Assembly: GCA_947630855.1 (NCBI GenBank)
Contig: CANRJF010000002.1
Location: forward strand, 1,112 to 65,111
DNA: 64,000 bases
Direction of reading: 5' to 3'
Origin: an uncultured Lachnospiraceae bacterium
GTDB lineage: Bacteria; Bacillota; Clostridia; Lachnospirales; Lachnospiraceae
Shown: positions 38,084 through 48,330 of the stretch, piece by piece
How positions within the stretch are numbered: position 1 is the stretch's first letter
Layout: each line of letters starts with the position of its first letter
The notes under the pieces: model-generated
Databases searched by the model: none
The model's input: the letters and a program-made list of their open reading frames with translations, nothing else
What the model was told of the DNA's origin: nothing
Position numbers and translations under genes: made by a program

Positions 38084-38816
38084 GAAGCGCCCCGCCGATA
38101 ACAACCGTAAATATGGATATAAACTGGGAAGTGGATAAAATTCCCACTGCTCCCCGTTCCATATCTCCCCGGAAAAATTCTAAAATAAATCTTCCAATGC
38201 TGTAAGTAATAATGTATGCGGCTCCTACAACACCTTTTTTTAATTTTACCTTTTTCAAAAGATACGTCAAAAACAAAAAGTTCAACAAATTTAACAAAGC
38301 AGATACAAGCTGGATGGGAAACAGCTTTTCCCCCACAGGGGCATACAGGGATTTTTCAAATACCACCCCAAACCTGCTTTCCGTATGCTGTCCATAACAG
38401 CAGCCTGCAAGAAAACATCCGATTCTTCCGAAAAACTGGGCAAGTGCAATCACTGGCGCGGCAATATCAAAGCAGGCTAAAAAGTCTGCCTTTTTTATTT
38501 TACAATACACCATTGCCGTTAAAATTCCCCCAATCAGCCCGCCATACACCACAAACCCGTTGACAAAATTTTTTATAATAACAGAGGGATTTGCAATAAT
38601 ATCCGGCAGGATTGTGATCCAAAATAAAATTTTAGAGCCCAAAAATCCTCCGATTACGGAGTAGATTCCCAGCATAAACATAAAACCGTCCTCTGCCACG
38701 CCCATGTCCACCGCCCATTTATCTGCCAGCCAGACGGCGGATATCACGCCAATGGCAATCATCAGCCCATAGCTGTATACGGTAAAAGAACCTATGGAAA
38801 ATAATTCCGGTAACAT
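38043..38816 (-). CDS. lgt: prolipoprotein diacylglyceryl transferase
   Basis: 257 aa polytopic protein with Lgt blocks (YGLMIAIG, GRIGCFLAGCCYG). Its 3' end overlaps the kinase gene convergently by 41 nt. Confidence 0.9.
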   Translation of the reverse strand: MLPELFSIGSFTVYSYGLMIAIGVISAVWLADKWAVDMGVAEDGFMFMLGIYSVIGGFLGSKILFWITILPDIIANPSVIIKNFVNGFVVYGGLIGGILTAMVYCKIKKADFLACFDIAAPVIALAQFFGRIGCFLAGCCYGQHTESRFGVVFEKSLYAPVGEKLFPIQLVSALLNLLNFLFLTYLLKKVKLKKGVVGAAYIITYSIGRFILEFFRGDMERGAVGILSTSQFISIFTVVIGGALLIRLLYYTGEEKK

Positions 38817-38838
38817 ATATTTCCCCTTTCAATTGGTA

Positions 38839-38867
38839 TAAAAAACTCCGGTTTTATACCGGAGTTT
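38839..38867 (-). terminator. rho-independent terminator of the ribosomal cluster (after rplQ)
   Basis: The minus-sense sequence is AAACTCCGGTATAAAACCGGAGTTTTTTATA. Confidence 0.8.
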
Positions 38868-38877
38868 CATTTGTTGA

Positions 38878-39420
38878 TTAAACAAGCTCTAAAAGAACTT
38901 CTAATGCACCGTCGCCTTTACGCTGGCCAATCTTTACGATTCTTGTGTAGCCACCGTTACGGTCTGCATATTTTGGAGCAATCTCAGTAAATAATTTATC
39001 TACTAAATCAACATCTTTTGTATTTCTCTTTCTTCCCTGTCCCTCTTTGGGAACAAACTTTACAGGATAGAGAACTTTTAACATCTGTCTTCTTGCATGA
39101 AGACGGGAAGGTTTATCCTTTTTAATGGTCTTTTCCACTTCGTCATAAACAGTCACTTTCCTGCCGTCTACCACTTCTTTTACCCTCTTGCCGTCCTTAT
39201 CCTTACGGGGTACTTTTGCTTTTACAGTAACTTCTTCGTAGTTATCTCTCTCTTTTACCGCCATAGCAATAAGTCCATCCACGATTTTACGGACTTCTTT
39301 TGCCTTTGCTTCCGTGGTAACGATTTTACCGTCCTCACTTGCAATTAAAGCAGTAACCTGGCCTCTTAATAAAGCCTTTCTCTGAGAAGATGTTCTGCCT
39401 AATTTTCTATACTTTGCCAT
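38878..39420 (-). CDS. rplQ: 50S ribosomal protein L17 (long form, 180 aa)
   Basis: [19 protein letters not shown]...[17 protein letters not shown], with an internal Lys/Glu-rich insertion. Confidence 0.95.
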   Translation of the reverse strand: MAKYRKLGRTSSQRKALLRGQVTALIASEDGKIVTTEAKAKEVRKIVDGLIAMAVKERDNYEEVTVKAKVPRKDKDGKRVKEVVDGRKVTVYDEVEKTIKKDKPSRLHARRQMLKVLYPVKFVPKEGQGRKRNTKDVDLVDKLFTEIAPKYADRNGGYTRIVKIGQRKGDGALEVLLELV

Positions 39421-39438
39421 TGCTAAATCCTCCTAAAA

Positions 39439-40401
39439 TTAGAGTTCTTCGCCCTGATTAAGCTGAAGTCCTAATTCTTTTAATTTTGCTAATACTTCTT
39501 CTAAAGATTTACGTCCAAGATTACGAACTTTCATCATATCTTCCGGTGTACGGTTTGTAAGTTCCTCCACCGTATTGATGCCTGCCCTCTTTAAGCAGTT
39601 ATAAGAACGCACAGATAACTCCAGTTCATCAATGTTCATCTCTAACACTTTACCCTTAGCGTCGTCCTCTTTTTCCACCATCACTTCCGCAGACATTGCC
39701 GTCTCGGAAAGATTAATGAAAAGACTTAAGTGTTCACTAAGCACTTTTGCAGCAAGGCTGACTGCCTCATCCGGCTCTAAGGTACCGTTTGTAAATACAT
39801 CTAAAGTGAGTTTGTCATAATCTGTAATCTGGCCTACACGGGTGTTCTCAATCGTAAGATTTACACGTTCTACCGGTGTGTAAATAGAATCCACTGCAAT
39901 TACCCCAATAGGCACATCTTCAGATTTATTCTTTTCCGCGCTGACGTATCCTCTTCCCTTTGTAATGGTAAGTTCCATATAAAGTTTACAGTCAGCTCCT
40001 CCATTTAAGTTCGCAATTACCAATTCAGGATTTAAAATCTGAATATCCGGGTCTGCCTGAATGTCGGCAGCTGTAACAACGCCTTCACCCTCAAATTCAA
40101 TGTAAGCAACTTTTGGTTCGTCTGTCGGACATGTATTCTTCAGTGCAAGATTTTTAATGTTCATGATAATCTCAGTTACATCTTCTTTTATACCTGGGAT
40201 GGAACTGAACTCATGCAATACACCGTCAATTTTTATCTGGCTCACCGCTGCACCTGGTAAGGAAGACAACATAATTCTTCTTAAAGAATTGCCTAATGTC
40301 GTACCATAACCTCTTTCTAACGGTTCTACAACAAATTTACCATACTTTTTGTCTTCTGAAATTTCAGCGATTTCAATTTTTGGTTTTTCAAAATCGAACA
40401 C
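39439..40401 (-). CDS. rpoA: DNA-directed RNA polymerase subunit alpha
   Basis: The start was trimmed to the GTG at 40401, which follows GGAGGG ([11 protein letters not shown]...). The C-terminal domain motif is [16 protein letters not shown]. Confidence 0.9.
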   Translation of the reverse strand: MFDFEKPKIEIAEISEDKKYGKFVVEPLERGYGTTLGNSLRRIMLSSLPGAAVSQIKIDGVLHEFSSIPGIKEDVTEIIMNIKNLALKNTCPTDEPKVAYIEFEGEGVVTAADIQADPDIQILNPELVIANLNGGADCKLYMELTITKGRGYVSAEKNKSEDVPIGVIAVDSIYTPVERVNLTIENTRVGQITDYDKLTLDVFTNGTLEPDEAVSLAAKVLSEHLSLFINLSETAMSAEVMVEKEDDAKGKVLEMNIDELELSVRSYNCLKRAGINTVEELTNRTPEDMMKVRNLGRKSLEEVLAKLKELGLQLNQGEEL

Positions 40402-40465
40402 TAGAGTCCCTCCTTTTCGGGTATCCACTATATATACAATATATAGGCACTGGCTATATCACGAC

Positions 40466-41059
40466 TTATTTAGAATATAACTCGACGATTAACATCTCAT
40501 TTACCGGAACGTCAATCATATCTCTGGATGGTAATTCTTTTACGGTTCCCTTTAAATTTTCAGCATCCACATCCAGCCACTCAGGAACCATTCTCCCGGA
40601 AGTTACTTCCATGATATCCTTAAATCTCTGAATTCCCTTGCTCTTTTCCCGGATTTCAATTACATCTCCGGCCTTTACCTGATAAGACGGAATATTTACA
40701 CACTTTCCGTTTACGGTGACAAACTTATGGCCTACCACCTGTCTGGATTCCCTTCTTGTTCTTGCAAATCCCATACGGAAAATTACGTTATCCAGTCTGC
40801 TCTCCAGCATAACCATTAAGTTCTCACCGGTCATGCCTTTTTTCTGGTCAGCCTTCTCATAATAATTATGGAAAGGTTTCTCCAAAACACCGTATATAAA
40901 TTTTGCTTTCTGTTTTTCCCTTAACTGAAGGCCGTATTCAGAAACTTTTCTGTTGGCTCTTTTCAATTCTCTTTTTGATTTTTTATCTACTCCCAAATAA
41001 ACCGGGTCTAAACCAAGTGATCTACATCTTTTAAGTACAGGAACTTTATTCACTGCCAT
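40466..41059 (-). CDS. rpsD: 30S ribosomal protein S4
   Basis: 197 aa; LQLREKQKAKFIYG... Confidence 0.95.
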   Translation of the reverse strand: MAVNKVPVLKRCRSLGLDPVYLGVDKKSKRELKRANRKVSEYGLQLREKQKAKFIYGVLEKPFHNYYEKADQKKGMTGENLMVMLESRLDNVIFRMGFARTRRESRQVVGHKFVTVNGKCVNIPSYQVKAGDVIEIREKSKGIQRFKDIMEVTSGRMVPEWLDVDAENLKGTVKELPSRDMIDVPVNEMLIVELYSK

Positions 41060-41109
41060 TTTCGACTATCCCTCCTATTTATTTCTCACGTTAAAACGCA
41101 CTGCAAATA

Positions 41110-41502
41110 CTAGACTCTTCTACGTTTCGGCGGACGGCATCCATTATGGGGAACCGGTGTTACGTCCCTGATACTTGTCACTTCCAGACCACATGCGGAA
41201 AGCGCACGGATTGCTGCCTCCCTGCCGGAGCCCGGCCCTTTTACCATAACGTCCACGGATTTTAATCCGTAAATTAATGCTGCCTTTGTAGCGGTCTCTG
41301 CTGCCATCTGAGCGGCATATGGAGTAGATTTCCTTGAACCTCTGAATCCAAGACCACCGGCACTCGCCCATGATAAAGCGTTTCCTTCAGCATCTGTAAT
41401 CGTTACAATTGTATTGTTAAATGATGACTGAATATGTGCCTGTCCCCGTTCAACGTTTTTCTTTACACGCTTCTTTGTCACTTTTTTTGTAACTTTAGCC
41501 AT
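41110..41502 (-). CDS. rpsK: 30S ribosomal protein S11
   Basis: 130 aa; [16 protein letters not shown]... Confidence 0.95.
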   Translation of the reverse strand: MAKVTKKVTKKRVKKNVERGQAHIQSSFNNTIVTITDAEGNALSWASAGGLGFRGSRKSTPYAAQMAAETATKAALIYGLKSVDVMVKGPGSGREAAIRALSACGLEVTSIRDVTPVPHNGCRPPKRRRV

Positions 41503-41542
41503 AATAAAACTAACCTACTTTCTTTAAAAATTAAATAAAATT

Positions 41543-41625
41543 AAGGATGTTCTTTTCGTTAAGCTAAGCTCATCCATAAGGATGTTCTTTTCGCTATGCC
41601 CACCCAAAGGATGTTCTTTTCGCTA
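41543..41625. repeat. three copies of AAGGATGTTCTTTTCG(CTA) in the rpsM-rpsK spacer
   Basis: Copies start at 41543, 41578 and 41607. The core is the same as in the array at 48140-48251. Confidence 0.85.
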
Positions 41626-41694
41626 CGCTCAAAGAACGCCCTCGCACTAAGTTCAATCTGCGCTGCCGCTTGATTTCACTAAGTTGCTTCCGGG

Positions 41695-42063
41695 CTATTT
41701 CTTCTTGTTTGCAACTGTTCTCTTCGGACCTTTTCTTGTCCTTGCATTGGTCTTTGTTTTCTGGCCGCGCACCGGAAGACCTTTCCTGTGGCGGATTCCT
41801 CTGTAACATCCAATTTCCTGAAGTCTCTTGATGTTCATAGCGATTTCTCTTCTCAAATCACCTTCTACCATCTGGGTAGCATCAATCACTTCACTGATTC
41901 TCTTTACTTCTTCGTCTGTTAAATCACGACAACGTGTGTCAGGATTAACTTTTGCTTCTGCAAGAATACGGTTGGAACTGGACCTTCCGATTCCATAAAT
42001 ATAAGTCAAGCCAATCTCAACACGTTTTTCTCTTGGTAAATCTACACCTGCAATACGAGCCAT
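41695..42063 (-). CDS. rpsM: 30S ribosomal protein S13
   Basis: The start was trimmed to [10 protein letters not shown] (ATG at 42063). Confidence 0.95.
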   Translation of the reverse strand: MARIAGVDLPREKRVEIGLTYIYGIGRSSSNRILAEAKVNPDTRCRDLTDEEVKRISEVIDATQMVEGDLRREIAMNIKRLQEIGCYRGIRHRKGLPVRGQKTKTNARTRKGPKRTVANKKK

Positions 42064-42401
42064 GTGTCGTTGCACCTCCACTGAATTTTAAATTAAAAAC
42101 TGGCGCCAAACGCCTTCCTACTGTGTGTTTTGTGACGGTAAGCCTATGCCGTTCCGGTGTCCCGGCCCAAGATAAATGCATACACCTGCCATCCACGAAA
42201 GAGGGGAATGATAATTCCCCGTCCCAAAGGGCATCCCCAACAGAACTAACCTTTCCAGACATCCGCAAAATTCCGGTATGATAAATTTTAACGGATACGT
42301 AAATACTTACTTTTTATTATGAACAATAAAACAACCTATCCTGGTGTTTCATTGCAGCCGCACATAATAATTCCCGCCTGATGCGGTACATTAGAAAGAA
42401 A

Positions 42402-42515
42402 TTAACCCTGTCTCTGTTTGTGTTTTGGATTCTCACAGATAATACGGATGCGTCCTTTTCTCTTGATAACTTTGCATTTCTCGCAAATAGGTTTCACTGA
42501 TGATCTTACTTTCAC
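42402..42515 (-). CDS. rpmJ: 50S ribosomal protein L36
   Basis: The GTG start at 42515 follows GGAGG; [37 protein letters not shown]. Confidence 0.9.
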   Translation of the reverse strand: MKVRSSVKPICEKCKVIKRKGRIRIICENPKHKQRQG

Positions 42516-42618
42516 AGCAAATCCTCCTTTCCTATCCGTTTGCGCAGAATATTTCTGCTGTTTCCAAAAAGTCCAGTTGATATGATACCACAAATACCTT
42601 ATTATGTCAATTGTTTTT

Positions 42619-42837
42619 TTATTTATCTCTCCAGATAATACGTCCCTTTGTCAAATCATAGGGGGACATCTCAACGGTCACTTTGTCTCCCGGAAGAATA
42701 CGAATAAAATTCATTCTCAGTTTACCGCTGATATGTGCTAAAATCTGATGGCCGTTTTCCAACTCCACCTGAAACATTGCATTTGGCAGTTTCTCAACCA
42801 CAGTTCCTTCTACTTCAATAACATCTGCTTTTGACAT
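42619..42837 (-). CDS. infA: translation initiation factor IF-1
   Basis: 72 aa; [30 protein letters not shown]. Confidence 0.95.
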   Translation of the reverse strand: MSKADVIEVEGTVVEKLPNAMFQVELENGHQILAHISGKLRMNFIRILPGDKVTVEMSPYDLTKGRIIWRDK

Positions 42838-42850
42838 TTTTCACAGCCTC

Positions 42851-43123
42851 CTACTTTTTCTCTTTCAACCTTAATTTTTCATATTTCTTAATTGCCCCCC
42901 GAATGATTGCATCGGTAAGTTCCCCTTCATTCACAAACAAATCTGCAATTTCTGCCGGAAGATGATGAATGGTCTGAAAATGTTTTTCATTTTTCTTTTT
43001 GGGATTTGTAATCTGGTGGGTGGAACCGTTGACCAGATACGCAGCCCTCTCTTCTCTCTTCCATATATAATAGAATTGATTTTTATCATGTCCTGACAGG
43101 GACTTTGCAAATTCTATCATCAT
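42851..43123 (-). CDS. KOW-domain RNA-binding protein
   Basis: 90 aa. It sits in the conserved position between map and infA in Clostridia-type clusters. Confidence 0.6.
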   Translation of the reverse strand: MMIEFAKSLSGHDKNQFYYIWKREERAAYLVNGSTHQITNPKKKNEKHFQTIHHLPAEIADLFVNEGELTDAIIRGAIKKYEKLRLKEKK

Positions 43124-43917
43124 ATGCAGCCCTCCGGATTCCAGATTCCGGCAGCAACCTCATCCTCCGTAATGGAAAGAATCTCCGGCCTGCCTTTTGT
43201 GATTAAAATGGTATTTTCATAATGGGCTGACAGCCTGCCGTCCTGGGTAACCACGGTCCAGCCGTCGTCTAACCATTCCACATTGTCTGTTCCCTCATTA
43301 ATCATGGGTTCCACGGCAAGAGTCATGCCCGGCCGTAACCGGATACCCCTGTTCAATTTGCGGAAATTGGGGATTTCTGGCGCCTCATGAAGGTTCGCTC
43401 CGATTCCGTGGCCCACAAGGTCCCGCACTACCCCGTAACCCCTTTTTTTTGCATAATCATAAACTGCACCGGAAATCTGATGAAGATGATTTCCCGCCAT
43501 TGCATATTGAATACCTGCAAAAAAACTTTCCCGGGTATGCCGTATCAGGTCAGCCGCATTCTTAGATATCTCTCCTACGCCATGGGTTCTTGCCGCATCC
43601 GAATGATAGCCTTTATAGATGACTCCAATATCCAGGCTTACAATATCCCCTTCCTTCACCGTTCTCTTTTTAGACGGTATTCCGTGTACTACCTCATTAT
43701 TTACGGATATGCACACGGAAGCCGGATATCCCCGGTAATTTTTAAAAGAAGGAATGCAGCCGTAACTTAAAATCATCTCTTCGCCTATCTGGTCAATCTC
43801 AAAAGTAGTCATGCCCGGCTTTATTGCTTTTCCCAAATCCTGATGGACTTTTGCCAGAATTTTGCCGGCTGCTCTCATAAGTTCAATTTCTCTGGCAGAT
43901 TTTATGGTAACCGACAT
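43120..43917 (-). CDS. map: type I methionine aminopeptidase
   Basis: 265 aa; the metal-ligand blocks DIGVIYKGYHSD and GHGIG are present. Confidence 0.95.
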   Translation of the reverse strand: MSVTIKSAREIELMRAAGKILAKVHQDLGKAIKPGMTTFEIDQIGEEMILSYGCIPSFKNYRGYPASVCISVNNEVVHGIPSKKRTVKEGDIVSLDIGVIYKGYHSDAARTHGVGEISKNAADLIRHTRESFFAGIQYAMAGNHLHQISGAVYDYAKKRGYGVVRDLVGHGIGANLHEAPEIPNFRKLNRGIRLRPGMTLAVEPMINEGTDNVEWLDDGWTVVTQDGRLSAHYENTILITKGRPEILSITEDEVAAGIWNPEGCI

Positions 43918-43920
43918 AAA

Positions 43921-44565
43921 TTACGCCTCTAAAATCTGCACGATTGCAGTAAAGACATCTTCCATGGGCTTTGTTCCGTCCACTGATTTTAAGATACCCT
44001 GTTTTTTATAGTAATCAATCAATGGCTGCGTCTGCTCGTGGTACACATTCAGACGTTTCTGCACCGTCTCCGGCTTATCGTCGTCACGGAGCACTACTTC
44101 GCTGCCGCATCTGTCACAGATTCCTTCCTTTTTCGTGGGAATGCTTACAATATGATATGTTGCGCCGCAGTTTAAGCATGCCCTTCTGCCTCCCATACGG
44201 TTTACAATATTCTCATCCGGTACATCCACATCAATGGCAAATTCCATTTTCTCTCCGATTTTTGTAAGGGCTGCATCCAAAGCCTCTGCCTGTGGAATGG
44301 TTCTGGGAAAACCGTCCAGTACAAAGCCGTTCTTACAGTCATCCTGTTTTATACGGTCCATAACAAGGTCGCATGTGAGTTCATCAGGAACCAATGCACC
44401 CTGGTCCATATATTCTTTTGCCTTTTTTCCCAGTTCCGTACCGTTTTTAATATTTGCGCGGAAAATATCTCCTGTGGAAATATGGGGAATCTTGTATTTA
44501 TCTGCAATCTGCTTTGCCTGTGTGCCTTTTCCTGCTCCCGGAGCCCCTAACATAATAATTTTCAT
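43921..44565 (-). CDS. adk: adenylate kinase
   Basis: 214 aa; [11 protein letters not shown], with the lid segment CLNCG...CDRCG. Confidence 0.95.
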   Translation of the reverse strand: MKIIMLGAPGAGKGTQAKQIADKYKIPHISTGDIFRANIKNGTELGKKAKEYMDQGALVPDELTCDLVMDRIKQDDCKNGFVLDGFPRTIPQAEALDAALTKIGEKMEFAIDVDVPDENIVNRMGGRRACLNCGATYHIVSIPTKKEGICDRCGSEVVLRDDDKPETVQKRLNVYHEQTQPLIDYYKKQGILKSVDGTKPMEDVFTAIVQILEA

Positions 44566-44669
44566 CTAATTTCCTCCTTAATCTAATTTTTTAAATATAG
44601 CACATTTGGAGATACGGCAATTGCCTGTATCTCCAAAAATTATATATTGTCCTGACTGTCAATCAAAAC

Positions 44670-45986
44670 TTAATCATTTAAGAATCCTTTATAATAACGT
44701 ACCAGCATCTGGGATTCCACCTGCTTAATGGTCTCAATGACAACACCTACAATAATGATAATCGATGTCCCGCCAAAGGATACGTTTGCATTGAATACCC
44801 CGTCAAAGAAGATAGGCATAAATGCAACTATCGCAAGGCCAACAGCCCCTATAAAGACAATATAGTTTAATATTTTTGTTAAATAATCACTGGTAGGCTT
44901 ACCGGGACGGATTCCCGGAATAAAACCACCTGCTTTTTTCATATTATTGGCAATCTCTAAGGGATTAAATGTAATGGAGGTATAAAAATACGCAAATACA
45001 ATAATCAAAACAATATAAACAACTAGTCCGATAGAGTATATGGGAGCGCTGGGGTCACACCAGTTTGACTGGGATAACCCTTTTAAAATCTGGCTTCCGA
45101 TTCCCGTACCATTGCCTTTCCCTAAAAGAGTGGCGATAATAACCGGTGTCTGCATCAGTGACTGGGCAAAAATAACCGGGATAACCCCCGCGGTATTTAC
45201 TTTTAAGGGAATAAAGGTTGACTGTCCGCCTACCTGTTTCCTTCCCTGAACCTTCTTGGAATACTGTACAGGAATTTTCCTTACCGCATCCTGAAGAAGA
45301 ATGACAAATACCACCATAGCCACAATGATTGCTACAATAATCACTGCCGCAAGGACGCCCTTTGCCACGGTTTTCCCGCTGATAAACTGCTGGTATAATG
45401 CCGATAAGTCCTCCGGCAGCCTGGAAATAATGTTGATTACCAACACAATGGAAATACCGTTTCCGATTCCCTTTTCCGTGATTCTCTCGCCAAACCACAT
45501 AAGCACTACGGAGCCTGCAGTTAAAGCAGTAACAACCATAATTACATTTAATGCATTAAAAGCCTCTAAATAACCGCCCCTGCCAAATCCTATTGCCATG
45601 GCAATAGATTCAATCAATGCAAGGACAACTGTGAGATAACGGGTAAACTCGGCAATTTTTTTCCTGCCTTCCTCCCCGTCTTTCTGCATTTCCTCCAGCT
45701 TGGGGATTACGATTGTCAAAAGCTGCATAATAATGGAAGATGTAATATAAGGCGTTATATTTAACGCAAATAATGACATCTGATAAAATGAGCCTCCGGT
45801 TACCGCATCAAAAAAGCTAAATGCATCATTCCCCTGGCTTTCAAACCAGTTTGCAAACACATTCCGGTCAACACCCGGAATTGGAAGCTGGCTTCCAATT
45901 CGGATTACAACCATCAATAAAAACGTGTAAATAATTCTATCACGTATATCTTTTATCTTAAATGCATTACGAAGCGTTTTAAACAT
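44670..45986 (-). CDS. secY: preprotein translocase subunit SecY
   Basis: 438 aa polytopic protein with a typical SecY N-terminus. Confidence 0.95.
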   Translation of the reverse strand: MFKTLRNAFKIKDIRDRIIYTFLLMVVIRIGSQLPIPGVDRNVFANWFESQGNDAFSFFDAVTGGSFYQMSLFALNITPYITSSIIMQLLTIVIPKLEEMQKDGEEGRKKIAEFTRYLTVVLALIESIAMAIGFGRGGYLEAFNALNVIMVVTALTAGSVVLMWFGERITEKGIGNGISIVLVINIISRLPEDLSALYQQFISGKTVAKGVLAAVIIVAIIVAMVVFVILLQDAVRKIPVQYSKKVQGRKQVGGQSTFIPLKVNTAGVIPVIFAQSLMQTPVIIATLLGKGNGTGIGSQILKGLSQSNWCDPSAPIYSIGLVVYIVLIIVFAYFYTSITFNPLEIANNMKKAGGFIPGIRPGKPTSDYLTKILNYIVFIGAVGLAIVAFMPIFFDGVFNANVSFGGTSIIIIVGVVIETIKQVESQMLVRYYKGFLND

Positions 45987-46426
45987 TAAATCACCTCTGC
46001 TTTTCCACCAAGAGCCTCAATCTTTTCTTTTGCGCTTGCGCTGAATGCATTTACCTGCACGGTAAGTTTTTTTGTAAGTTCACCGCCGCCCAGAATCTTT
46101 ACGCCATCCCTGGGGTTCTTCACAATACCTGCTTCTATCAAACTGTCTACTGTTACAACAGCTCCGTCGTCAAATACTTCCAGTTTTGACATATTAATTC
46201 CCACAATATCCTTGGAATTTATGCATGTAAAGCCTCTCTTTGGTATTCTTCTGTATAATGGCATCTGTCCGCCTTCAAAACCGGGCCTTGGAAGTCCTGA
46301 ACGGGCTTTCTGTCCTTTGTGTCCTTTACCGGCAGTCTTACCGTTTCCTGAACCGTGTCCCCGGCCCCTTCTGAAACGATCGCCATGTTTAGAACCTTCT
46401 GCAGGTCTTAAATTTGATAAATCCAT
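45986..46426 (-). CDS. rplO: 50S ribosomal protein L15
   Basis: 146 aa; sequence and operon position. Confidence 0.95.
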   Translation of the reverse strand: MDLSNLRPAEGSKHGDRFRRGRGHGSGNGKTAGKGHKGQKARSGLPRPGFEGGQMPLYRRIPKRGFTCINSKDIVGINMSKLEVFDDGAVVTVDSLIEAGIVKNPRDGVKILGGGELTKKLTVQVNAFSASAKEKIEALGGKAEVI

Positions 46427-46449
46427 TGTGACACCTCCTTATCTGTTCA

Positions 46450-46632
46450 TTAGATTTCTTCTACTTTTACTAAATGCCTTACTTTCTGAATCATTCCGCG
46501 AACTGCCTTATTATCCGGCATTTCAACTGTTTTTCCTATTTTGTTTAAACCAAGGGCCTCCACAGTTTTCTTATTCTTTGGAACGGCACCGATTGTAGAT
46601 TTTACAAGTGTGATTTTTAATTTCTCTGCCAT
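46450..46632 (-). CDS. rpmD: 50S ribosomal protein L30
   Basis: 60 aa; sequence and operon position. Confidence 0.9.
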   Translation of the reverse strand: MAEKLKITLVKSTIGAVPKNKKTVEALGLNKIGKTVEMPDNKAVRGMIQKVRHLVKVEEI

Positions 46633-46643
46633 TTTTTTCCTCC

Positions 46644-47153
46644 TTAACCCAGGATTTCTTCCACGGATTTACCCCGAAGTTTTGCTACCTCTTCCGGAGA
46701 TTTTAACTGGCTTAAAGCATTAATCGTAGCAAGTACAACATTCTGCTTATTGTTAGAGCCCAAAGATTTTGTACGGATATTGTTGATGCCTGCCAACTCG
46801 CAGACGTTACGGGCAGGACCGCCGGCAATTACACCGGTACCTTCCGGAGCTCTCTTTAACAATACGGACGCGCCAGTATGTTTACCCATAGTATCATGTG
46901 TAATACTCTTGTTCTCATCTAACTTCACAGTGATTAATTTCTTCATGGCATCTTCTTTTCCCTTGCGGATTGCCTCGGGAATTTCCGTTGCTTTTCCCAA
47001 ACCTGCTCCAACATGGCCGTTTCCGTCACCAACAACCACCAAAGCGGTAAAACGCATGTTACGTCCGCCTTTTACAACTTTTGTTACACGTTTGATAGAA
47101 ACCACTTTTTCATTTAATTCCAACTGACTAGGATCAATAATTGTACGTTTCAT
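46644..47153 (-). CDS. rpsE: 30S ribosomal protein S5
   Basis: 169 aa; [17 protein letters not shown]. Confidence 0.95.
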   Translation of the reverse strand: MKRTIIDPSQLELNEKVVSIKRVTKVVKGGRNMRFTALVVVGDGNGHVGAGLGKATEIPEAIRKGKEDAMKKLITVKLDENKSITHDTMGKHTGASVLLKRAPEGTGVIAGGPARNVCELAGINNIRTKSLGSNNKQNVVLATINALSQLKSPEEVAKLRGKSVEEILG

Positions 47154-47170
47154 GTGTTCGCTTCCTCCTT

Positions 47171-47539
47171 CTAAAACTCTAACCCAGCTTCGCGAGCTGC
47201 TTCAGCTAAAGCTTTGATTTTACCTTCATAAATGAAGCCTCCGCGGTCAAATACAACAGTATTGATTCCCTTGTCCAATGCTCTCTTGGCAATTACGGTT
47301 CCCAAATGTGCCGCTGCTTCCACGTTATTGGTTTTTTCAAGTTCTGCCTTTACTTCTTTTTCTAAAGTTGAAGCAGACACAAGTGTATGCTGGGCCGTAT
47401 CATCAATTACCTGAACGTACATATGGTTGTTGCTTCTGAAAACAGACAAACGAGGACGTTCTGCTGTTCCGGCAAGATGATTACGAAGTCTTCTATGCTT
47501 TTTTTGACGAACTTCTGCTCTTGATTTTTTGCTTATCAT
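47171..47539 (-). CDS. rplR: 50S ribosomal protein L18
   Basis: 122 aa; sequence and operon position. Confidence 0.95.
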   Translation of the reverse strand: MISKKSRAEVRQKKHRRLRNHLAGTAERPRLSVFRSNNHMYVQVIDDTAQHTLVSASTLEKEVKAELEKTNNVEAAAHLGTVIAKRALDKGINTVVFDRGGFIYEGKIKALAEAAREAGLEF

Positions 47540-47558
47540 TCTTTGTCCACTCCTTTAC

Positions 47559-48098
47559 TTATTTCTTACCAGTCTTACCAACTTTACGTCTGATAACTTC
47601 ATCAACATACTTGATACCTTTTCCTTTATAAGGTTCAGGTCTTCTCTTATCTCTGATTTCAGCAGCGTACTGGCCGACCTTTTCTTTATCAATACCTTTA
47701 ACAATAATCTTATTGCCCTCTACCGCAGACTCTAATCCTTCCGGATCCGTCATCTCTACCGGATGGGAATAACCAAGGTTTAAGGTTAATTTCTTTCCTG
47801 ATTTAGAAGCTCTGTAACCTACACCGTTTACTTCTAATTCTTTGGTATAACCCTCTGTTACACCGACAACCATATTGTTGATTAATGTTCTTGTCAAACC
47901 ATGTAAAGATTTCATTTTCTTCAAATCGTTGGGTCTTGATACAACAACCGAAGAATCCTCTAATTTGATTTCCATCTCTGCTGGAAGTGTTCTTTCCAGA
48001 GTCCCTTTGGGACCTTTTACAGTCACATGATTATTTTCTGCAATATCCACAGTAACTCCTGCGGGAACTGCGATTGGCATTCTTCCTATACGTGACAT
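47559..48098 (-). CDS. rplF: 50S ribosomal protein L6
   Basis: 179 aa; [15 protein letters not shown]. Confidence 0.95.
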   Translation of the reverse strand: MSRIGRMPIAVPAGVTVDIAENNHVTVKGPKGTLERTLPAEMEIKLEDSSVVVSRPNDLKKMKSLHGLTRTLINNMVVGVTEGYTKELEVNGVGYRASKSGKKLTLNLGYSHPVEMTDPEGLESAVEGNKIIVKGIDKEKVGQYAAEIRDKRRPEPYKGKGIKYVDEVIRRKVGKTGKK

Positions 48099-48139
48099 GC
48101 CCGTACCTCCTGTTTTATTATTGTTTTCAACTTGTTTAT

Positions 48140-48251
48140 AAGGATGTTCTGTTCGCTAGGCTCAGACTTTGAATCATCCCGTAAGGATGTTCTGTTCGCT
48201 AAGCTCAGTCTTTGAATCATTCCTTAAGGATGTTCTGTTCGCTAAGCTCAG
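48140..48251. repeat. tandem array (43-nt period, 3 copies) AAGGATGTTCTGTTCGCTA[A/G]GCTCAG... in the rpsH-rplF spacer
   Basis: Copies start at 48140, 48183 and 48226. Degenerate TTCGCTNA-containing units continue to about 48330. Confidence 0.85.
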
Positions 48252-48330
48252 CTCTCGCCTGCGGCTCGGCTTCGCTAATCTCACAGAACGACTTTCACAC
48301 TAAATTCGCGATGCGCCTGCGGCTTTCGCT

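Noticed and set aside
42017-42268. 83-aa minus-strand ORF in the rpmJ-rpsM gap
   Set aside because: It overlaps the rpsM start out of frame. It has no RBS and a Cys/Arg/Gly-rich composition atypical of the neighbouring genes. The region is treated as non-coding.
48140-48251. Tandem repeats considered as a mini CRISPR array
   Set aside because: The units are contiguous 43-nt repeats with no unique spacers. There are no cas genes, and the array lies inside a ribosomal operon transcript.
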